A stretch of DNA of 64,000 bases from Octopus vulgaris (lineage: Eukaryota). Both the position numbers and the translations under genes were made by a program. Shown in pieces: positions 51,601-64,000 of this stretch. The notes beneath the pieces are model-generated. The model was not told where the DNA came from, did not search any database, and saw only the letters and a list, made by a program, of their open reading frames with translations. How positions within the stretch are numbered: the stretch's first letter is position 1; each line of letters opens with the position of its first letter. Location of the stretch: positions 36,766,001-36,830,000 of the forward strand of contig OX597832.1 in NCBI GenBank assembly GCA_951406725.2, in the 5' to 3' direction.

Positions 51601-51787
51601 TTAGGTTAAAAGTAATTACTCCTGTTGTAAATATGTCAAGTGTGACCACGGCGTCTTTGTTTACATTTACTGTATCATGTATATCCTTCTGTATAGATCA
51701 AGCAAGAATTTCTGTTTATCTGCTAAGATTGTGTGTGTGTCTTTTTGTGTTTTTGCTAAGACTGTGTGTGTGTCTTTGTTGTTTCAG

Positions 51788-51914
51788 TGAGATCAGAAGA
51801 TGTACAAGACACCTCAATTACTGCAGCAACCACCACCACCACGACCCTTCCCCACAATACCTCGACATTCCAACGACCAACTACTCCACGTCCACTGACA
51901 GATCCTGACTCTCC
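51788..51914 (+). CDS. dlg1: Probable DLG exon, Thr/Pro-rich PDZ2-PDZ3 linker
   Basis: gtttcag|TGAGATC acceptor and CTCTCC|gtaagt donor; 127 nt, phase 1 to 2; open in the frame set by the previous exon: (M)RSEDVQDTSITAATTTTTTLPHNTSTFQRPTTPRPLTDPDS(P). No domain homology, so support is splice signals plus phase. Confidence 0.72.
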
Positions 51915-54199
51915 GTAAGTTCAATTTTTTTAACTCATTTCAATTTGTTGTTGTTGTTGTCCACTGGACTGTGTAAGGGTGGAGTGGGAGGAGAGTGTGT
52001 GTGTCCTGGACACAAACGAAGCAACTGGGCCATGTGGAATACATTGTGGACCCTGGTGAAGGAAGATGAGGAAGAAGAGTTTGTCCTGGGAGGAGGAGGA
52101 TGGGTTGGTGGGTGGATGGGGATGGCCTGACCTGAACGTTGGAGGAGGAGGGTGAGATGGGGGAAGTATGTCCTGGACACTGGTAGAGGAGGAGGGTGAG
52201 ATGAGGGAGTGTGTCCAGGATGCTGGGGGAGGGGGTGTATGCTGGATATTGGTTTTTGATGGGAATGTACTGGACAATGAGGAAGGGTGGAATGGGTACT
52301 TGGATACACAAGCAGTTGGGGAGCTTGTTCTGGCAAAGGAAAGTGGGTGGGGTTCAACATGCGTCCAACGCCACATGTGACGGTGTGTTGAACATTGGTT
52401 TGACATGTTGCATAATTCCAAAGGGAGGTTTCATACAGAGCCATTGTAGTTGATGTTGGAATGGTCACTTTGACACAGATAATAGTGTTTTTAATATAGC
52501 AGTGTGTGTGTGTGTGTGTTGGATACAGTCTGTGATTATGTAAAGAACTGACATCTGAAAGATAAATTAGTTTACAACACAGTGTTCTCTTTTCTCTCTA
52601 TGTATGATGTTCTGTGTTTATATTTAAAACTTTCCATGTAGCAGTATGACACACTGACATACACCCACATGCATTCACACACACACACACCCACATGCAT
52701 TCACACACACACACTCTCATGTATTCATATGCCTATGAATTAATGTAATCCAAATTTGTTTCTTATATAGTTTATTATTTTCTTCAACAATTTCTGTGTC
52801 AAGGACTATTTTGATGAAAGAAGGGGGGAAATAGTTCTTGCCTTGTAGAAATCAACCTGATGCACATGAAACTGGGGGAACTGTGATAAAAACCTAATCC
52901 TCTCCCTTATGGATAATTTCTTTTCAGACTACATTTCCCCCTTTACAAAACAATCCTTAGGAGCCTTAGCCACCTAACTTCTGGCCAGGACTAAACAACA
53001 AATTTCATGGACTGATGCGGCCACTGCGTCCATCCCAAGCAACAGCTCCAAATTGAAAGCAGCCCCTGCCAGACATCCTTCTGCTCACATCACCTCCCTT
53101 ACTCCTTCCAGCGAGGCTCCTAAGCCATTTACTCGATGTCACTGACCCTATATTTCTGGCCTATCTCAGACCTACATAAATAGTGCATTATTTAGACAAT
53201 TGCTTATTCTTTAGACCTATCTAAATATCTCTCATACATCAAGTGAGTCTATTTTAGTTCAGTGCTCTCCTTCCCTTATAACAACAGACTCTCCCTGACA
53301 ATAGTCGGCTCTCCTCAATAACTTCCTGTTTTCCAGTTACCTCCCTTAGATTTAAAGGCTGTGTGTGTGGATAGATGGAGTGGGAGAGAGAAACTAGTTT
53401 TTCCAGTTTAACATTCACTGACTAAACGAAATTCCTTTCTAAGCCATACCTTAATTGTATTTCTGACTTACTGACTCTGACTTTTTATTTTTCTTATTTT
53501 ACGGCAAATATGAATACAGTCAACCGTTCAATGATGTTGCAGAGATTTTACCATAATTTATTAAAACATTCTATTGAACTGGTTTTTCAGTGTTCATAGT
53601 TTAGTAGGAAGGGTGTTGACCACAGCGACCACTTTAAGGGAGGTGAGATGTCTTCTTGAAATAGGAAGAGCTGGTTGAAATTGCAACTTTATGAGAGAAC
53701 TGTTATTATGGAATGAGTGGGAGAAATTGGTGTAAGATGTTAAGATCTTGACTTTGGAAACAAACACTTGAGTAGAAGCAGTAAAACTGTTTTGATATTA
53801 AGACTACTGAAGTTGCTGGTTGAGTCTAAATGCAGGGTTGTCTTAAGGTATGGGCACACTAATCAGTTGCCCAGGGGCCACACTAGTCTAGGAGCCAAGT
53901 GCATTGATTTGCTTGGGGGTGCTTATAAGGCTGCAAAGACAGTTTTGACTGAATGTCATGACAATCCATTGTTGGCCACTGCGTTGACAGTCTGTTGCTG
54001 GGAGATGGAAGGACAGCGAGGTTAAGTGTTTGTGGAGAACCACCAGTACTAGTTCTATCTACAGCAGACTCCTGATTAATTTTTTGGTGATAAGGATCCA
54101 GTAATGAGAGGAAAACGTCTAACAGTTGATAGAATTGGTAGAGTGGGGTGGATGAAATTACAGCAGGATATTTGGTTGAATCAGAAGAGTAGCACCTAA

Positions 54200-55289
54200 A
54201 ATTCTTTGCAGTATTTGTGTTAAAATCTCTTTGAGGTCATTTGTACTTTTCATCCTTTTGATTTGGTAAAATAAAGTACCAGTCATTGTCCTGGGGTCAA
54301 TTAATCAACTATACTCCTCTAAATTAGTGATTAGATGTAACTTTTACAGTTCTTGTTATTTTGGTGGTGGTTTATCAGAATGAGTAGAGGAGTGAAAAAA
54401 GTGTCTTGGAGTATTTAGTTATGGTGCTTGACATTCTGAGTTCAAATCCTTCCAAAGTTATCTTTGACTTTCATCGTTCTGATGCTAATGAATTACTAGT
54501 TGCATAATGTTACTCAAATAAGTACCAGTGATGTACTGGGTTCAATGAACTGGTTGAACCTTGTCTCCAAAATTTCTATCTCACCAATTGATTAGCAGAG
54601 TCATTTGAGTTTAAATGTTACTCTGGCCATCTTTGCTTTCCATCATTCTGTCCAACAAAATAAAATACCAGCCAAATACTAGGGTTTTATTTAAAGGACT
54701 AACGCCTTCCAAATTTCTTTTCCTAAATTTCAGGCATTTGGAATTATTATTAGTGTTGAAGGTTGGTAGAATTATTATAAGGACAGCTGGTTAGTTAAAG
54801 TGCCTGTCAACAAATGGGAATACTGAATGCCGTCAGGTGATTGACTAGCAGTGATAGTGTCTGTTAGCAGGTGCTAATAATGTTGCTTCTCTTGAGAGGT
54901 GGAGGTTGATAGCAGTTGATAATAGCAAGTGGCAATAATGTTTATTAACATATGGTGTTAGTGATAGATAAAAGGTAGTGCTAGTAACTATCAACAGGCG
55001 ATGACAATGATTTTCTCAACAAGCTGGCAATAATGTCTGTTAATAGTTGGTACTGGTGTTAGCACTTGACACCAGGCTTTTATTATTATTATTATAAAAG
55101 TTGCAAGCTGGTAGAATGAAATGCCTTGCCGTATTTCTTCTAGCTCTTCATATTCTAGGTTCAAATCCTGCTGAAGCTGGCTTTGCCTTCTATCCTTTCA
55201 AAGTCAATGAAATAAGTACCAGTTGAATACTGGGGGTCGATATAAATGATATACCCCACCCCCACTCCTTAAAATTACTGGCAATGAGC

Positions 55290-55334
<45 letters not shown>

Positions 55335-55715
55335 CATCACTATTATTATTATTATTATTATTATTATTAAGGCAGCTAGCAGAACCATTGGCATGCCAGA
55401 AAAAATATGCTTAGTGGCATTTCTGTCTTTACATTCTGAGTTCAAATTCTGCCGAGGTTGACTTTGCCTTCCATCGTTTTGGGGTTGATAAAATAAGTAC
55501 CAGTTGAGTACTGGGGTGAATGCAATCACCTCTCTCATTCCCCTTATAAAAGTTCAGGCCTTGCACCTATAGTAGAAAAGCTGATTGTTATTGATTTTGC
55601 CTTTCATCCTTTTGGAGTTGATAAAATAAAGTAGCAGCCAAGTACCGAGGTCAATGTAACTGACCGTTTCCCCCCCCTCCTTTTAACCTACCAGCTTTGT
55701 GTCACAAATTGAAAC
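54200..55715 (+). mobile_element. Cluster of about six Nin-domain-type SINEs of differing decay
   Basis: Recurring tttcatcc...aaataagtaccag...ctgggg cores; best copy at 55368-55580. Confidence 0.75.
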
Positions 55716-57499
55716 CATTATTATTATTATTATTTATTGATATGCATGTCTGTTATCTTAATGTTTGCTATTGTCTCAGCCTGCATGTGCACTGCTTTGT
55801 GATATATACACAATGCTTACCCCCCAGAGCTGCTTATGGCTTTGAGGTTTTTTTAATTCTTTTTATCTTATACCAACTTTCAAATTAAACAATATACTTA
55901 TGTTAATGATATTTTAAAGGATCAAAACTTCATTGAGCCTTGACCAAAAGGTTATTTTCTCAATGTTTATTAAGAATGAATGAGCATAAGCCGTGGTAAC
56001 AATTACCCAAACCTACCATGTGCCATAAGATAAATGACAATGTTTGCTGCTATAGTATGCGTTTGGAGGGTACATTTAATTAGTGCTCAATTTAATGTCA
56101 CCTCTTGGTTCTTGGGTAACTTTCGTGGGACCCTACTCTGTTGTAAAGCATTTAGGCCAGTTCTGCAGATAATGAATAACTTCCTCTCACCAGTTATAGC
56201 AGCCCTAAATAGAAAGATAATGAATATTGCATTTCTTTGTCCAACTTAGTAATTAAAAGGTAATTATTTAGAATTAATGTCTGAATATATTTAAAACTAG
56301 CTTAAAAGCTGCACTCCATGTGGACTTTTAAACTAGCTTCTGCAGGGGGCTAATTGGGCCTACAGCCCCAAACTAAAGAGGGCAATAAAGCATTTTTTAG
56401 TGCCCTACCAATATGGTATTACTTTAAATTTGGTTTAAAGGAAAAACTTATAAGTCCACAAGCTTTTAGAGTTCTTTTAAAATCTGAATTTTCACCTGTT
56501 AGCTTATAATAAATCCTCATCCATACCTGATCGCAATGCTGGATTTCAAGAGTCAAATGAAGAGCAGATTTTCAATCCCAAGATCATCCTGATTCCAAAA
56601 GGTATTATATGTCTATGTAGAGTAAATGTAGACTGAGTTACGGGGGTCCTGGATGGATGGGCAGACAGAATTTCACTTTTATTATAATAGATATAATACT
56701 ATGTCTAATCTGTATTTTACTTACAATGGAACAATAATATATCTACAATAAATTTAGCATAAAACAATATGTCGACAACAGGGTTAACTTGATATGTAGG
56801 TGCAACCATAGCTATGTGGATATGGAATTTATTTTCTACCTATAGGTCTTGAGTTCTATAACCTAAGACCAACCAATGTTTTGTGAGCAGAATTGGTAGA
56901 CAAGCCTGTATGAAAGCCCTAGGTAAGGATTTGCAACAGAAGGGTATCTTGTTGTAAAACAATGGCTAAATGAATTCACCCAACTCATGCTAGTATTGAA
57001 AAATAGACTTAAAGCACATGGACTTATAAAGCAAATAGTAATATGTCAAGAATATATTTAACTTGAAACATGGTAATATGTTTACAATATATTCTATGAG
57101 AAAAAAATGTTATTGAAATTAAACCTCAAATATTTTTAGAAGAATTTAGGACATCAGCTCTGTGACCCTGTCTTCACAAGCTTGTTGGTTCCCTCTTTAT
57201 GTTATGACTAACTTTCTGCTTGAAGAAGTAAGCTACAAAGTCACAAAACATGTCACAAAGTTGTAACAATTCTTGTTGAAATATTTTGTTGGCATGACAC
57301 CAGTTATTTGGTTACTAGTCTTACATTTAGTTTTAATTACTTTATAATTTTTATAAATCTGAAATATATTTTCATATCCTGAGAAGTTTATAAAACATGC
57401 AGCAAAAACATGTGTTTAATTTTATATTATACAGTTTATTATATGTGAACTTCAGTCTTTTATTTGTACCCAGTGACAAGCAGCATACACTTAGAAGTC

Positions 57500-57840
57500 A
57501 GTTTAGTTATGTGGTCTTTTACATTCAGATTTCAAATTCTAGCAGAGTTGACTTTTCTCTTTCTAGGAAGTTAATAAAATAAAGTTCCAGCCATAAACTG
57601 GAGCCAATATTAACTTCATTGTTGAGGCAGTGAGCTGGCAGAATCGTTATCATACCAGGCAAAATGCTTAGCAGTTTTTTTGTCTGTCTTCACATTCTGA
57701 GTTAAAATTTCGCTGAGGTCAACTTTGCCTTTCATCCTTCTGGGTTCAATGAAATAAGTACCAGTTGAACACTGGGGTTGATGAAATTGACTTGCCCCCT
57801 CCCCCAAAACTGCTGCCCTTGTGTCAAAATTTGAAATCAG
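57500..57840 (+). mobile_element. Two Nin-domain-type SINEs
   Basis: gaggcagtgagctggcagaatcgtta...ctttgcctttcatccttctgggttcaatgaaataagtaccag. Confidence 0.8.
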
Positions 57841-58449
57841 TATTAACTACATTGTCTTCATAATTGAAAGCCTTTTGCCTTTATCAAAAATCGATAAGGA
57901 TGTAAGTTATGTATGAGAAAGTTTATGTCTACAGTGGTTTACTATCTGGGGTCAAATGGGACCATAGGGAAAGAATCAACTCACCTCGTTTCCAAAGAAA
58001 ATAATGCATCATGGAATTTTTACCAAACCAATTGACAGCCAAGGCATGATGGGATTTGCATGTAGTATGAATCAAAAAGTGCAATAAACTGCATGCAGCT
58101 TTGCAAATATGGACAAACTCATCCATTATTATTATTATTTAAAATTTCAATCTAATTTTTTTTTGTATCATTTGTTATGTTTCTTTTTTTCTTTTACTAT
58201 CATATTTTAAACATTTCTATTATTTTTATTCCTACTTTTTAAATTTCTTAACTTTTTTCATACATTTTCTTTTAAATTCTTTTTGTTTCTTTTTTCATAT
58301 TGGAAATTTGCTGCACATGTTTGGTTTCATGTACTAGTTCCATGATTCACAACCGTTATTGAAAATGGATTTTAAACTCTGCATCGTGTCATCCGATACA
58401 ATTCATACCAGATTCTAAACTTACAACTTTACACACACACACACACATA

Positions 58450-58506
<57 letters not shown>

Positions 58507-61500
58507 TAAATAAATTGTATATGTGTGTGTGTGTGTGTGTATATAAATATATAATTACATTTTTTAAATATATATTTAACAAAGAAAGTTGTAATAATCT
58601 TTAACCAATTATTCTTTTACTAAATTCTTCTATTTTTATCTGTTATCCAAAATATTTAATTCAAGAATGTTATGGTACAGACTTTACTTTTTCCCTTAGA
58701 TTTTTTTTTCTTCATCTTTCTGGAAAACTTGGTGCTTCTTTTGGTCTTTTCATCCTTTGCTTACCATTTTCTCTTTAATCCCTGCTGCAAGCAGATTATT
58801 CACTATTGGTTGTATATACGACTATCAAAAAATGTGCGTGCATGTATATGTATCCATGTGTGTGCGCGCACATGTGTGTGTGTGTGTGTATATACACACA
58901 CACACACACACACAATCAGGACACATACTTCTGCGCTGTCACATTCCTTTACTATTTTGTTATTTTGGCTTTCCTTTTCTTTCCATTGTCCTTTGTAAGC
59001 CTCTCTCCCTCTCTCCCTCTCTCATAAACACACTTCAACACTCTTTTTTAAGGTTTTTATCTTTTCCTCTCCCCTCTCTCTTTTCTCTCTTCACCTTTCT
59101 TTCTACTTCTCATTCTTTCAGTGTCTTTCTTTCACTTTCTTCCAATACCACACTCCCCCCCCATCAATCTCGTCCTCCCTCCCACTGTCTGTCTCTCTCC
59201 CCCCCTCTCAACCTTCTGCTTCTTTTCTTCGTTCATTCTTTCCTTCCTTCCTTTCCAAAAGTGCTCAATAACAATCTGCTATCCTCAAAGATTTCATTTT
59301 ACATTTTGTAGAATTTCTTTCCAAAGAACCCTTATTGTGTGCATATAATACAATACTAATGTGCTCACATACAGTGTGTGTGTGTATGTGTGTGTGTAAT
59401 GATTAATGTGAAATACATGATGATGTTATTAGTAATCGCATACTAAATATGAATTGTAGAATAATATAAAATATAGAAGCTGAGACTTCACTAAATCAAC
59501 TCTGACATTTGCCATTCCCTTCATCAGGCTGTGTTGCCTGATGAGCTGGAAGGCGAAACTCGGCCACGCTCTTGAAACTTCAGATTCTTTTAACCCTGCA
59601 AAATCTAATGCTTATTTCTTCACATTCCTTTGAATTAATTATGCATTATCTTGTGACTTTGAGAATTTTGTGACATGATTGTTTATTTCTAGAATAATAC
59701 TGTAAAGTAAGTGTGAGAGGCCAGAGTTGGCCAGTTTGACCATAAAACTGGTAGGAATATTTTGGCCAGATTTGGCTGGTTTAAATGCTAACGGGTTAAA
59801 TTACTCACTCAAACACACACACACACACACACATAACTGGGTTTTATTTTATCAGTTTGTTTATCTAAATAGTGATGTAGTATTTTTGAAGGGTATCTAA
59901 AAAATGATAGGAACAATACTCTGCACCCCATTACTTTGGCACACAGCAATACACCACCTCCCTACAATGCTGCACTAAGCTGCACCACACCAACGCCTCA
60001 CTGCAGTGTCACAGTACACAAACATCACACATTACACTTAACCGCACTTCAACACTACATTACCTAAAGCTGCAGTGTCATGATTATGCAACGCACCTCA
60101 CTAACATTATACTATACCACGTTTACCACAATTTTCCACTACTGCTGGATGGGGTTTTTAACCTCTCCCTCCTTATCTTGATCCAAGGGATGCAAGGTGT
60201 TCTTGAGCAAAACACTTCATTTCATGTTGCTCCAATCCACTCAGCTGGTAAAAAAAAATATCCTGTGATGGACCAGTATTCTGTCCAGGGAGGAATATAT
60301 ACACCAGAGAAAGCAGGAAACTGGCCCTATGTTTCTTATGGAGTCATGTAGACTAACCACCCATGACCATTCCATCTTTTTTTAAATTTAGATATAGTGC
60401 CTCTATAACTACATCGGTCTGATGTGGTGTGCTGTGGTCATTGTTTAGACCCAGATCAGCCCTGACATCTGACACAGCTGTATGTTCCAACCATGACCAT
60501 CCTGAAATTTTTTATTCTTTTATATCAAACATGATGTATGTAAGGATAAATTATCTAATATATCCTTTTTTTTTATTTATTTATTTGCAAGATTTAAAGA
60601 TGCAATTTAAGGGAAAATTTGCTATTTTTATTTTAGACATGTAGAGGATCCTTCATTGTCTATGAGCATTTCAACATAAATAGTGTTAAAAGTTAAGGGT
60701 AGCAAGGGACAGGTTTTAACCTTATCAAACTTTTGTAGGTAAAGGCAGTCCTCTCAAGCCTGGATTCATCAGTGATCATAGATTTTTAAAAGTCATAAAT
60801 AAAAAAATGTTATGAAGAATGTTGGTACTTTAAGATGTTAGTCACTCTATTACCAAACCTTCTTACATCTGGTTGTATTTGAGAAAAAGAATGACATATT
60901 GGCTAATGTTTTCAGAACACAATATCACAACCAGCAGCAACACTACACTGCAACACATTGCACCATAATATGCAAGACACTGCAGCATGCCATACCACAC
61001 TGCACTACAAGAGACACTGCAATTTGTTACTACACCACACAACAGACCCAACACCACACTGTGCACTGCAATAAGACACTACAACAGACACTGCACTATA
61101 CTGCAATGGACACAATATCACTTTATATCATAGTGCTACAAGTCACAATACCACCCCATACTGCAACAGATGCTGTACCACACTACACAATGCAGCTTTA
61201 CACGAAACACTACATTATGGAATTTATTTAGAATGCAACTTCATAGAAACTGCTGTCTTTGATCAGGAATAATCTCCGTCCTTACATTCTGACAAGTTTG
61301 GAATCACTGTTTTCCCAATAACAACATATGTTTCTTTGAAAATCAAAAAAGTTTTTAAAAATACGTTTTGGTATTTCTAATTTTTCTAATGTCTTTTTTA
61401 TTGCTTTATCTTCAATTAATTATCTTTTGTTTATGATCCTTGCAAAATTCCTCTCATTAAAATTAATATTAAAATTTACATTGTCGTCAAGGGAACATTA

Positions 61501-62150
61501 ATTAAGGTGGGCCACTTTCCTCCATCAGGTTATTTTCTCTCGCATTATGAAGCATTCTTTGTTGCCAGCTAGAATCACCTGGAAGCTTCTGGAAGTGAAA
61601 ATTTCACCAGAATGCCTGAAGGTGCTTACAACAATGAGTGCATCTTGATATGATTTGCTGCTGCATACAATTGGTTGCCAACGGTAACCAGTTGATGACC
61701 AATACTGACTCTGTGATTAATTATTGAAAATGTTTATTGTTTATGAGCAAATCATTGCTGATAATATTTATTTCTGCAACTTACAAGTCTTCTGGCACTT
61801 TTACTTGTTACTGATGATGTTCATATTACATAAGCAAGTAATTACCGTCGTTATTTGTCTCTGTAGCTGTAGGTTTTACTGTTGGGTTTATTAATTAACC
61901 AACTGATTAATTAAAGCGTCTGTTAACACATAGAAATAGTGAATGTTATCTGGTGAAAATGTCTGTTTGTAGTTGATGCTGTGTGGCAATAATGCCCAGT
62001 AACATGTAGCAATAATGTATATTAACATGTGGTGTTAGTGGTAGATAACAGATAGTGATAGTAACTATGGACAGGTGATGACAGTGGTTTTCTCAACAAG
62101 GTGGCAGTAATGTCTGTTAACAGTTGGTGCTGGCTTTACACTAAGCTTCA

Positions 62151-62183
<33 letters not shown>

Positions 62184-63089
62184 GAGCACCCAGTCTATCA
62201 ATAATGACAGAGTTCTTGTTGAGAAAGTTACCTAATGAAACTTGATAATTAGAGGATGGGAAAATAAATAAAAATGTCAAAACAAGCGGAAAATAAGAAA
62301 ATTATATTTTTCACCTGCAAAATACTATACAGGTATGATTCACTGCAGAAGTCCATGAAAAACAACAATTTTTGTATAAACATGAGGACACACTGACACT
62401 CCTTAGCCTTTTGAATTTTCAGTCTGTAATTTCAAAAGGTTCCTAACCCCAACCCAAATGATGTCACTTCAGGGTGAAGGCACAGATATTGTAGTCGACT
62501 GCATCCTAAAATAACATTCAAATTTCTTAGGACTATTGCAATGCTGAACAAATCATCTGAATTTATGAACATTAAAACGTTATGAGACAATGAAGGTAGC
62601 AGAATGAACTTCAAATACGAAAAATAAGCAGAATTCCTGCAAATAAGTGGAGACCTTGTTTGGAAATTTAGAGAAGGATTTTTATTGGTCTTGGAAGTGT
62701 TTGGGCTATAATAATGATGAACTCTCTTGTAAATGTTGCAATAGGCAGAAGATAATCAAAATTTAGGAATACTAAAACAATAGACAAGTATTAAGAAAGC
62801 AGAATGAACTTTCAAATACAAAAGACAAACACTACAACTAATTAGAGATGATATTGCAGCAAAAAGTAGAAATGCTGTTGGTTAACTCAGAAAAGTTCAA
62901 ATTGTTTCATTAAGGATTATGAGACAAATACAAAAAATAAACAAAACAACACTAGCTTGTGTCGACTGATTTAGAAAGCGAATTTTATAAAGTGAAACAA
63001 ATTCAACAGCTTCAAACACTAAAGTGTTACTCAAAAAAAAAGCATATATACAGAGGCATGTAGTGTATTAGATATATTGATTATTATTC

Positions 63090-63740
63090 AGGGTGGTAAG
63101 CTGGCAGAATTGTTAGCATGCCAGACAAAAAGGCAGAGTGGCATTTCCTCTGTTTCTACAAATTGAGTTAAAATTCCACTGAGGTTGACTTTGCCTTTCA
63201 TCCTTTCAAATTTGATGAAAAAAGTACCAGTTAAGCACTGGGGTCAATGTAATTGACTTACCCCTACCCTCAAACTTTCAGGCTTTGTGCCTATAGTAAA
63301 GACTACTACTATTATTATTATTATTATTATTAAGGCATTGGACAAAACACTTAGTGGTATTTCTTCAAGCTCTTTACATCCTGAGTTCAAATCCTGCCAA
63401 AGTCAGCCTTACCTTTCATTCTTCCTGTCAAGTACTGGGTTGATGTAACTGGCATGCCCTCTTCCCTCGACATTGCTGGCCTTGTGCCAAAATTAGAAAA
63501 AAACACTTGTTGTTAATGGTGGTAGATTAACAGAGTTGGTATTGCCTGGCAGTATTTACTTACGGCACTTCATGTACCAGGTTCAAGTCTTGCCAAGGTT
63601 GTCTTTGCTCTTCACATCTTTAGGGTGACAAATACAATGTAGTAATGGAGTCAGTTTAATTAACTACAGTTTAATTAACTGCAGCCACTTCCTCTACCTT
63701 ACTCTTCTTCAATGTTCCTTATGTCTGGATTAGAAATTAT
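63090..63740 (+). mobile_element. Three co-oriented Nin-domain-type SINEs
   Basis: Same unit with (ATT)n spacers. Confidence 0.8.
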
Positions 63741-64000
63741 CACAACTATTGTTGTTGTTGTTCTTGTCTGGTGTTTTGGAAACTTCTTAAATATTATCAA
63801 AATTAATGTATTGTAAAAAAAAAACCCTTCTTTCCTTATTTTTGTATCATTGAAGGAATAATAGATAATGCTAATCTGGTTGTTGTTGCATATGGATATA
63901 TATACTGCTACTCTTCACCACCACCCTACTCCCATTCCCATGTCGTGTGCCTCCTTTTGTCCTCCCATGGTAATTGTAGATCAAGGAAGGCAATTTCAAA

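Noticed and set aside
51681-51688. ATATCCTT resembling a U12-type 5' splice site
   Set aside because: No upstream exon or matching U12 branch site seen; expected by chance in AT-rich DNA
51915-64000. Expected PDZ3 exon (GLGFNIVGG-like)
   Set aside because: Not found by eye; it probably lies beyond the window, though a small exon could have been missed

Overview
AT-rich, microsatellite-dense animal genomic DNA. The SINE and simple-repeat landscape suggests a coleoid cephalopod, probably Octopus (inference). The whole window lies inside one + strand gene, a discs large (dlg1/PSD-95 family) MAGUK. Six exons (3156-3280, 9104-9206, 37601-37667, 45117-45253, 46234-46378, 51788-51914; 704 nt) splice in frame through GT-AG sites and encode most of PDZ1, all of PDZ2 and a Thr/Pro-rich linker. 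Two of them (37601, 51788) are not shown in their coding frame in the ORF track. The introns hold decayed Tc1 (DD34E) and mariner elements with TIRs, hAT and piggyBac-like MITEs, RTE/CR1/R4 LINE remnants, a Penelope GIY-YIG remnant, hammerhead-like motifs, modular tRNA-derived SINEs, co-oriented arrays of Nin-domain SINEs and many fold-back palindromes. The best candidate for new biology is in the 28-kb intron: a putative stop-containing (poison or terminal) exon whose 5' splice site abuts one arm of a 40-bp long-range RNA duplex. It is a hypothesis from sequence alone. Almost all other listed ORFs are translations of simple repeats.
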